Below, piece after piece: positions 18,490 through 26,444 of a stretch of DNA of 46,727 bases. The DNA comes from Corallochytrium limacisporum Hawaii. Taxonomy: Eukaryota; Protista; Pluriformea. The stretch's first letter is position 1, and every line of letters starts with the position of its first letter. Below the pieces are notes generated by a model. It saw nothing but the letters and a program-made list of their open reading frames with translations. It had not been told where the DNA came from and searched no databases. A program made the translations under genes and the position numbers. Where the stretch lies: positions 44,739-91,465 of the forward strand of contig PDIP01000111.1 of assembly GCA_002811645.1 (NCBI GenBank), read 5' to 3'.

Positions 18490-20772
18490 TCAGAGGCTTA
18501 TGAGCTGGCCCAAACGATGATAGCTTCCGTGTACTTGTCGCGACAGAAGCAGTGAGTGGGCGGCTTCAGCAAAGGAAGGACTGGACCCTTGGGTCGATTT
18601 GTTCTGCCTGCCGGGCGTCGGCTGACTTCGCGACGAGTTGCTGTGACACTTTGCAAGCTCACCGATGCCACGGTCCTGGCCCGCCTTTGCTGTCTTCAAG
18701 CAATCAAGTACGCAGAAGCCCAATGAGGAAGACCAGCGCGCACTCCACGCATGGAGGTCGCTCCTGATGACGTGCCAATGGGCCGCCGTCAAGGACACAT
18801 GGGCCCCATCTTTGCCGTGCCGATGGTGAATTTCGGCCCGGACACGGCCACGATTGCGAAGAAATTCAACCAGGGTCGTGACCTTGGAATGGTGACCAAA
18901 AACACACACTGTGGCCCATCCGGACCCTCCATCCCGGTCTGAGCTATTGTTCATCGAATCGCCACCGTCATCAAACGCCCAGGCCGGTGTTGAGAATCCG
19001 ATTCGCCGGCGACCCTTGGGATGGGTCGGGGCGAGAACTGTCAGAATGCGACTCGGATCATTCAAGTCATCCTCCTCAAGTGGATTCAGCTCTCGAGCCT
19101 GGATGACATTGCCGGCATTGCGGATGGTCCAACATCGTTGTGACGTTGCGGACTCATGCACTGGCATCAGAAGTGACGAGGATGGGGAATATGGACTGCT
19201 CGAGTCTCCTAAGCTCCCCATGTTCATTGAATACACCGGACCTGTGGCTCGCGGCGTCTTTTCTGTGGAAGGCTGGTCGAAACCATTACATTCACCGTGC
19301 AGCCGGGCACCCACGACGGGTGGCTGCCGTTCGAACGGACAGCACGGTCGGTCCGCTCCAGTGGCATCGAACTCTAGGTAGGATTCTTGGCCATCTACGA
19401 CATCGTCTGCTTCGTCCCGTACCAGCGGGTGAGCAACAGAATGATAGTCCTCCAGACTCTGTAGCGCCATCCGCAGCAGTTGCGTCTTCCTCGCTTTCTC
19501 TGCTCTCATGGATGCCAGCTCGTCTGACAGCGCCTCTCTGCGCCTATGCAGTGCCGCCAGCAAGGGCGAGACTGCGGGCGGGGGTGCTTTGGCAGGGTCA
19601 AGTTCCATTCCAAATGATTCTAAAATTTGTCGCTTTGCAAATGTCTCCTCCTTCACCGTGCCGTTCTCGTACAGAGCAATGCAGTCTGCCACTTCAGAAA
19701 GGGTCACTGGCCGTTGATTTAGGGCACAGTACACATCACCTGGATGCATCCCATCTCCGTGGCCCCTCGGTGTATCAAACCTAGCGGTATGAATAAAGAA
19801 TCCTTCCGCGCTGCTCTTGCTGGAATCATATTCTACAGCCACCACCGACATCGTTCCTTGTACGGGTCGTCGGGATGGAAGGACGGTCAGCATTGCAGAA
19901 CATGCCGCAACATCCACGCAATCAGGATCTACCGCTGAAGTACGCAGAGTGGTGTGGAGCAATTTGTCCATGTGCCAGACGTGCAGTTCCATACGAGTCC
20001 GGTTGTACACCAGAATCCACTGGTTTGCGGTAAGCAGGTCGTACTCAGCAGCAGCATTGAAATGTTTTTCATTGACACAGAAGCGGTCCGTGTCCCTCAC
20101 CCCGTACCAGGGGGTTGCGTCGCCAAAGATAGGCGACAAGTCTTGCGGAGCGGTGTCCAATCTGCGACCAACTACGAATTCTTTCATCTGGAACCCCCCA
20201 GAGTCATCAAAGTCGCCCATGTCTAGTATTTTCAATTCATGACCATGCCAGACACACACCGGTGTAACCTTCTTTGGCCGTTTTACCAGGGGTAGTACAA
20301 TTGCTCGCACTGTGTAGGATTTGCGAAAGTCGAGCAGTACCAGTTTCCTGTGAGACGGCTGATTGTCCGCCTGATCGAGCTCCAGGAGGACAACAGGTCC
20401 ATCGTACACAATGACACTAGGCATACTCAAACCTTTGTAATGCAGAAATCGGGTGAGCGCTTCCTCATCGCTATCGGAAAGCACGCAACTATGGCTGGGC
20501 TTTCGTTTCATCAGCAACACATCTTCCCTTCGGTCCCACTCTGTGACCATGTTAACACCCCCTAAATCGTAGTGGACCGTTGTATTATTGCAGACTGTGC
20601 GACCATTTAGCAGATATGGGACATTGCGCCAACCTTCAAATACAAGCCGCCCTGGTTTGCACTCTTCTGGTTCGCCCTCTGACATGTCTCCCGCTACGAT
20701 CCGCACCTGGATGCCATCAACCTTCGTACCAGTTCTGATATTTGCTACCTTCAAACAATTTTCGAAAATCAT
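18490..20772 (-). CDS. Uncharacterised 760-aa protein; possible divergent FANCB-like beta-propeller/coiled-coil protein
   Basis: The long ATG-initiated ORF is very likely a real gene. It has a beta-rich N-half and a central coiled coil (LLAALHRRREALSDELASMRAEKARKTQLLRMALQSL). FANCB resemblance is weak and judged by eye. Confidence 0.75.
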   Translation of the reverse strand: MIFENCLKVANIRTGTKVDGIQVRIVAGDMSEGEPEECKPGRLVFEGWRNVPYLLNGRTVCNNTTVHYDLGGVNMVTEWDRREDVLLMKRKPSHSCVLSDSDEEALTRFLHYKGLSMPSVIVYDGPVVLLELDQADNQPSHRKLVLLDFRKSYTVRAIVLPLVKRPKKVTPVCVWHGHELKILDMGDFDDSGGFQMKEFVVGRRLDTAPQDLSPIFGDATPWYGVRDTDRFCVNEKHFNAAAEYDLLTANQWILVYNRTRMELHVWHMDKLLHTTLRTSAVDPDCVDVAACSAMLTVLPSRRPVQGTMSVVAVEYDSSKSSAEGFFIHTARFDTPRGHGDGMHPGDVYCALNQRPVTLSEVADCIALYENGTVKEETFAKRQILESFGMELDPAKAPPPAVSPLLAALHRRREALSDELASMRAEKARKTQLLRMALQSLEDYHSVAHPLVRDEADDVVDGQESYLEFDATGADRPCCPFERQPPVVGARLHGECNGFDQPSTEKTPRATGPVYSMNMGSLGDSSSPYSPSSSLLMPVHESATSQRCWTIRNAGNVIQARELNPLEEDDLNDPSRILTVLAPTHPKGRRRIGFSTPAWAFDDGGDSMNNSSDRDGGSGWATVCVFGHHSKVTTLVEFLRNRGRVRAEIHHRHGKDGAHVSLTAAHWHVIRSDLHAWSARWSSSLGFCVLDCLKTAKAGQDRGIGELAKCHSNSSRSQPTPGRQNKSTQGSSPSFAEAAHSLLLSRQVHGSYHRLGQLISL

Positions 20773-20973
20773 CGGGTTTTGACTACCTGTTCACTCACAA
20801 GTCTGGATATATCGTTTTCCAGCTTGAGCTCAAAGCCCAGCGGTGTAGCAGAAGCGTCGGATTGGACGAACGGTCTCCACTCAGAAGGGTCATGGGATCC
20901 CACCCCCCGCCCCCTAAACGCCAAACCCCAACCTCCGGCTTCCTCACAACCCTCCGTACCACTGGCCCGAATC

Positions 20974-20986
20974 TTTCGCGCGCACT
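20974..20986 (-). promoter_or_regulatory. E2F-type element (TTTCGCGC) upstream of the orphan gene
   Basis: tttcgcgcgcact lies ~200 bp upstream of the ATG at 20772. A CCAAT box (attgg, 20861-20865) lies between them. Confidence 0.5.
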
Positions 20987-21471
20987 GGAAGCCCAGGAAA
21001 CCCTCCGGCCGGCGGTGTGAGTGGGTTCGGCGATCGGGAGGGTGTGTGGGGGTGTGTGTGTGTGTTCGGATGCTCCAAAAGGCTCTGTGGTTCTCCAGCC
21101 ACAGTGGGGCCGGTGCTAAACCGGCCCCCGTTCCTCCCGAACCCCAGCGCTTTCCAGCAGCAGTGCAGCCCAAGTGGTCAGCCTTTCACTCGCGACTAAC
21201 CCTCCCCCCGGGGGGGCCCGGGGGGGGGCCGGTTTCGGAAAAAATTCCGCCGCAAGAAAGTGTGACGCAGACACACTCTTAAAAAAAAACCAGCGACAGA
21301 GCGGGCCAAAGCGTGAGAAACGGAGTGCTGCGCTGGGGAGAGAGTTTTGAAACCGTTTTTGACGGCGGGGGTGGCTGGAGGCCGGGGGTGGGCAGGTTGG
21401 CTGGATACACGCGGTGTTTGAGTGTGAGCGCAGCGGAAACGGCCAATGAGTCGCCCATTTACCCCATCTGC

Positions 21472-21495
21472 CCCAACCCAACCCAACCCAACCCC
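21472..21495. repeat. (CCCAA)n pentamer repeat
   Basis: cccaacccaacccaacccaacccc; G-quadruplex-competent on the minus strand. Confidence 0.85.
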
Positions 21496-21703
21496 GGTGC
21501 CACGTTCTGAGCGGAAAACCTTGGGGAATACGTTGTAACTTGGTCCTGGATTGTATGGTTTACTTACAGGTCCTAGGTACTTGGTGACCGTAAAATCTTC
21601 AGACAGAGTGCGTCTGCAACGCAGGATAAGCCGAGTGATATCAGGCACGAGTCTGTGAAAGTCGAACATGTGAGAGTGCACTGAAGGGTTTTCAATCATA
21701 TAA

Positions 21704-22855
21704 ATGGTGACAAAGATCATGAGTGAACAGCCCGCAAGCGAGCAGAGCCCCTTGCTTGCTCCCCAGCGTAGACGTTCAGCAGAAAGCAATGACAGTGGCT
21801 ACGGCGCCGATGACAATGGCACAGAAATTCAGTTGACAGAGACCTATACACGAAAGTCGACCTTCAAAGGCCTCATGTTCATGACTCTGTCGGCTGTTGG
21901 GTTTTCGTCTATGACTCTTTTTGTGAAGTTGGCCAGCACCTATGGATTTCAGAGTATGCAGTTGGTCTTTGCCCGTAGTGTGGTGCAGCTTGTCCTGGCG
22001 CTGATCGTGTGTATTGGGCTGCAAGTTAACCCTTTTGGCAACCGGGGCTATCGCTTGATTATTGCCGTGCGTGGTGCAGTTGGTGCCCTGGGATTGGCAG
22101 GGTTCTACTTTGCCATCACGGTGATGCCCATGGGTGATGCCACTGTGCTTTTTTTCATGGGGCCAGTGTTTGTTGGTATCTTTGCGGCCGTATTTCTCGG
22201 GGAAGCCTACCACGCGACAGAGGTGTTCTGTTCCTTCCTCAGTTTAGTCGGTGTGGCATTTGTGGCACGGCCACCGTTCATTTTCAAGCACATCCCAGGC
22301 TACGGTGACCCAGAACTGGGTGGGTCGCGTACCACCTTGGAGCTGTGGGGCGCGGGAGCAGCTCTTCTCGGTGCCGTCGGGGCCGCGTCGGCTTACACCA
22401 TTGTCCGCTATATGGGTACTCGTACGCATTTCATGGTGTCCGTGTTCTCGTTTGGCCTCGTGTCAACCATTCTATCCGCCCCTGCGGCTCTGATTCAGGG
22501 TGCAAAGGTTCCAGTGGGCCCCGTGGAGTGGACATATATGATCATGATTGGTCTGAGCGCGTTCGTGGGCCAGTGCCTCCTGAATGCCGGTTTGCAGCTG
22601 GCCAAGGCCGGACCGGGTACTGTCATGCGTAATCTAGACGTTGTCATTGCCTATATTTTCCAGGTCACCATTCTGCACGAAAAACTGGTGATCTTTAGCG
22701 TCATTGGTGCCGTTCTTATTACCTCAAGTGTGGTCATCATCCCTGTGCACAAATGGTACGTTGACCGTCGGGAAGCCCGCCGGGCTATGGACGAGGAGAC
22801 AGCCGTCACCGAAGACCTTGACGACAGTGACGAGACAAGACCCCTGCGGTCTTGA
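21704..22855 (+). CDS. EamA/DMT superfamily transporter (SLC35G1-like)
   Basis: About 10 hydrophobic segments in two EamA repeats. Motifs LVFARS, MPMGDATVLFFMGPVF, FLGE, VARPPFIF, GLQLAKAGPGTVMRNLDVVIAY. Confidence 0.9.
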   Translation: MVTKIMSEQPASEQSPLLAPQRRRSAESNDSGYGADDNGTEIQLTETYTRKSTFKGLMFMTLSAVGFSSMTLFVKLASTYGFQSMQLVFARSVVQLVLALIVCIGLQVNPFGNRGYRLIIAVRGAVGALGLAGFYFAITVMPMGDATVLFFMGPVFVGIFAAVFLGEAYHATEVFCSFLSLVGVAFVARPPFIFKHIPGYGDPELGGSRTTLELWGAGAALLGAVGAASAYTIVRYMGTRTHFMVSVFSFGLVSTILSAPAALIQGAKVPVGPVEWTYMIMIGLSAFVGQCLLNAGLQLAKAGPGTVMRNLDVVIAYIFQVTILHEKLVIFSVIGAVLITSSVVIIPVHKWYVDRREARRAMDEETAVTEDLDDSDETRPLRS

Positions 22856-23252
22856 TAATGTCATGCTCGTCATCATCACCGAACACAACTAACCCTCTTT
22901 TACAGCATATGTGTAACAATAGATCTCATACTTCATGATCTCCTTCGCGCTTCGTGACCAGCAAAATTTGCCTAACCCTACGCACACAGATGGGGACGGC
23001 CCCACCGTCCCCCCTCCCCGGCCCGGGTGTACCCAAATCGTCCCAACCGCTTACGCTGTTTTCCCTTTCGGTCAACAGGTCCACGGAATCAGGTACTTTG
23101 AAGCAGTTAATGAATTTATCAAATGTGATTCAAATCTTGGTATATCTTATTGAGAATGAAATAATTTACGTGTGCCCAAGCATGACGTGACAGGATACAC
23201 GTAATTCTGGTTCTTCAGCAACCAAAATGTCACCTCCTCTGTAAGTCCCGAT

Positions 23253-26200
23253 ATGGGGGGTTTTGATCTGCCACAGCGTTTGGCTGTGACTCAGTTTACA
23301 GCCAAACGGTACGACAATGACGCTACCAACGCACAAGGCTTGCCGCTACAGCCTCCGTCAAGCAATGTGGTTGGGCGGGGAACAGATATTGTCATGAAGC
23401 CGTACGACAAGTGTGGTAAACACCCGGGAGGCAAATCTCACTTATTGGAACTGGTGGCCTGCGAACGAGGTTTACATGATCGCGTCTTTGTAGTGCAGGA
23501 GCATAAGGCGCTAGGTGTTGAAGACATCTGGAACCGAGAGGATCTTAACAGAGTGCAAGTTGTTCGTGAGACGGTCATGGCCTTATGCCAGATGCAGCGG
23601 CAAAGAGGACTGTCGAATCCACACGGTCAGTTGACCCTGGAGTGTATTCGGATACGGACCAATGGGTCCAACACTCCAGATTCGTGCGATCTCTCCAAGG
23701 CAAGAGTGAAGCTGAGCAACTGGTACCTGAGTGCCATTGTCGACCAAGGGGACGATGTTGACCACCCGATGGGCGAGATGGCCTATTGGTCGCCAGAGCG
23801 TCTCGCACTCGCTGCTGGTCAGCGGATGCGACAGGTAGGGGCAATGCTGCCAGATGAGAGCACTCAGATCACAGACTCTGAAGACGGTGTGAAGAAGCAG
23901 CTGCCACCATGGTCCAATCATTTCATCAGTCACGCGGATGATGCTTTTGCCCTTGGTGTGGTCACCCTGGAGATTGCGCTTCGCAAGAAAATGCCTAGGG
24001 ACAATCTTGCTGCCTGCTTTGATCGTCTATCCTGTACTTCCACGGAAGCCATGCTGGCCAGTCTGCTACGCATGCTGGGTAATGCAACCACCGCGGCTGT
24101 AGCAGTTGGTCTAGGCGTCCCGGATGGTGATGCGGCACTGCTCTCTTTTCTGGATGCGTGTTTACATCCACACCCCCGCCAAAGGGCGGCCGTAGCAGAT
24201 CTCATAGCTCATCCGTTTCTGTCCGACGGTTCAAGTGCCAGTGGCGACTGTGGATTGGCACTCCGAAGCGAAGACACCGTTCCGACTCCGGTGAACGACA
24301 ACGATGAACCGTCTCTGCTGGAGCTCAGGGCCCTCTTTCATCTCTGGCAGATCACATCCGGGGGAGATCTGTGGACCCAAGTGACTCAGGGTACAGGCAT
24401 CCACGCGTTACCTCCAGCAAACGCTGTACCAGCCATGATTACACGAGAGTCGGTTATGCTTGGCACGAATCGGGACAGAAGCGCCCTCTTTGATGGGAGG
24501 TGGTGGGATCTTAGCCTGATGAAAGTACGGCAGCTCTTTAAGGCTACGCTCGATAAAGCCGGGATCACCACAAATTCCGTGTTCACACGCAACCCATTGC
24601 TTGTTCTTAACGGTGCCAAAGCGCGTTTAAACAAAGGATTCAGTGCACCCATGCTCGGCAGCCCAGATGATATGATCCACACTGAAACCTTTACCAAGCA
24701 AATATCTCCTAAGGCTGTGGAAATGCATGTTTCTGCTGACAGCGAAATGCCCGTGGCAATCAAGGAAGCAAATGCCGAGTACCAGATGAATCGCATTGCC
24801 ATTTTCAGGCAGCTTCTGCACGGTCTCCCTGCCTCCGTCAAGCAGTTGCGGCGTGAAGCACGTCGCGATATTCCCCCTCTCCTGCGCAACGAAGTCTGGT
24901 ACGCACTGCTGCGCTACTCGCCACGGAGTGAGTCTGCCGTCGCCAATTTCACACCCCGAAGCTCTGAGAAGCAGGTTGAGGAACGGAAAACCCATCGATC
25001 GTCGGACATGCAGAGCAGTCGCTATACGGAGGAGTACATGCGTCTGGATCGTTTGCTAGCGGCAGATATAGACCACCAGATCGAGGTTGACATCCCTCGG
25101 TGTCACCAGTACGAGACGCTGCTGTCCGCTACCCTGGGACGGGAAAAACTTCGGTGCGTGCTTAAAAGCTGGAGCCGTTTCCATGAAGAGGCGAAGATGG
25201 TATATTGGCAGGGCATTGACTCCATTTCGGCCCCCTTTGTTTGCCTCAACTACGGCCATACAGATCGAGCGTTTGCGTGTCTCGAATTGTTCATTCAGAA
25301 GTACCTGCCGGGCTTCTTCCAGGCATCGAATAGTGACCGTATCCAACTATACTTGGTCGGTCTGCGCAATGTCATGGCCTTCCACAGCCCTACACTACAC
25401 AACCACATGATGAGCATCGAGTTTGGACCCGACCTCTTCGCCATCCCTTGGTTACTTACCATGTTCACGCACATTTTTCCACTGCAACGCATCTACCATT
25501 TGTGGGACACTCTGCTGGTCAGTGATAGCCACTGGCCCATTCACTTGGCCTTTGCGATTCTTGAGCAAATGCAAGGTTTGATCTCCGGAGCTGGCTTCAA
25601 CGAATGTATCCTGATCTTCTCCGACCTCCCGGAAGCTGACCTGCAGACGTCCACACGTCGCGCTACGGATCTAAATCGCTTGACCCCGCCGTCCCTGAGC
25701 ATTCCGCCCCTAGTCCAATTGCCAATCATGAAGGCGGATGGTACCAAGGCAATCGAGGACGACCGGTTCCGTATACACACCCTCAAGATGGAACCGCTGG
25801 GTCGCATCAGTGCCGAAGACCTGGCACATCTGCTGCACTACACCCAGGCCTCCAAAGCGGAGCAACGAGCAATCGCCAAGACCTTCTCTGGTCACGATGA
25901 TGGCGACACTGTACAATCACACTGGTTCATGGCCCCACTACTGTGCTTCGATTGTCGACCACTTGTCGAATCTCTGGACGACCACCTGCCCCACTCCGTG
26001 CTGATTGCGTCCTTCCATGCTTCAGAATTGCCACTCTTCTACAGAAGCTACATGGAAACATATCGTACATCGCCCTTAGTGGTCCTGTACGGCACATCCG
26101 TGGAACAGATCACGCCGTATGCAGAGGCGTTGCTGACCAAGAATGTACCGGGACTGACGACGTTCATTGAGCCTACAGAGTCTGTATCAGCGGAGCGTGA

Positions 26201-26354
26201 ACTCCCATATTGCGACTGCGGTGCAAGTCAACAGTGGATCGTCCCCATGCCGCAACCGGAGCCAACAAAGGAACAGCAGAAACATGGCATCAACCCCGAA
26301 CCCGTCCCGCCCAGCGAGATCAGCGCGTGTGTTCAATTTAGGCGGCCCTCCTAG
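23253..26354 (+). CDS. TBCK: TBC domain-containing protein kinase-like protein (pseudokinase + TBC RabGAP + rhodanese-like)
   Basis: TBCK-type N-terminus (GLPLQPPSSNVVGR...RGLHDRVFVVQEH) and a degenerate kinase lacking HRD/DFG. TBC catalytic fingers QIEVDIPRCHQY and YWQG, plus PDLFAIPWLLTMFTH. C-terminal FDCRP...HLPHS rhodanese-like part. Confidence 0.93.
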   Translation: MGGFDLPQRLAVTQFTAKRYDNDATNAQGLPLQPPSSNVVGRGTDIVMKPYDKCGKHPGGKSHLLELVACERGLHDRVFVVQEHKALGVEDIWNREDLNRVQVVRETVMALCQMQRQRGLSNPHGQLTLECIRIRTNGSNTPDSCDLSKARVKLSNWYLSAIVDQGDDVDHPMGEMAYWSPERLALAAGQRMRQVGAMLPDESTQITDSEDGVKKQLPPWSNHFISHADDAFALGVVTLEIALRKKMPRDNLAACFDRLSCTSTEAMLASLLRMLGNATTAAVAVGLGVPDGDAALLSFLDACLHPHPRQRAAVADLIAHPFLSDGSSASGDCGLALRSEDTVPTPVNDNDEPSLLELRALFHLWQITSGGDLWTQVTQGTGIHALPPANAVPAMITRESVMLGTNRDRSALFDGRWWDLSLMKVRQLFKATLDKAGITTNSVFTRNPLLVLNGAKARLNKGFSAPMLGSPDDMIHTETFTKQISPKAVEMHVSADSEMPVAIKEANAEYQMNRIAIFRQLLHGLPASVKQLRREARRDIPPLLRNEVWYALLRYSPRSESAVANFTPRSSEKQVEERKTHRSSDMQSSRYTEEYMRLDRLLAADIDHQIEVDIPRCHQYETLLSATLGREKLRCVLKSWSRFHEEAKMVYWQGIDSISAPFVCLNYGHTDRAFACLELFIQKYLPGFFQASNSDRIQLYLVGLRNVMAFHSPTLHNHMMSIEFGPDLFAIPWLLTMFTHIFPLQRIYHLWDTLLVSDSHWPIHLAFAILEQMQGLISGAGFNECILIFSDLPEADLQTSTRRATDLNRLTPPSLSIPPLVQLPIMKADGTKAIEDDRFRIHTLKMEPLGRISAEDLAHLLHYTQASKAEQRAIAKTFSGHDDGDTVQSHWFMAPLLCFDCRPLVESLDDHLPHSVLIASFHASELPLFYRSYMETYRTSPLVVLYGTSVEQITPYAEALLTKNVPGLTTFIEPTESVSAERELPYCDCGASQQWIVPMPQPEPTKEQQKHGINPEPVPPSEISACVQFRRPS

Positions 26355-26444
26355 GGCTTCAGGGAAAGTGTGATCATAGGGTTCCATTAGCACAAGGGAG
26401 TGATGATTAAATATATTTGATTCTGGAAAGGTACTGACGCACTG

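Noticed and set aside
22971-22980. cctaacccta, a telomere or telomerase-template-like 10-mer
   Set aside because: Isolated, lies in a 400-bp intergenic spacer and has no supporting RNA structure; compatible with chance.
23241-23301. Possible intron joining the uATG at 23227 to TBCK (gtaagt...cag)
   Set aside because: The nearby AG acceptors (23276, 23294, 23301) do not restore the TBCK frame from a phase-2 donor.
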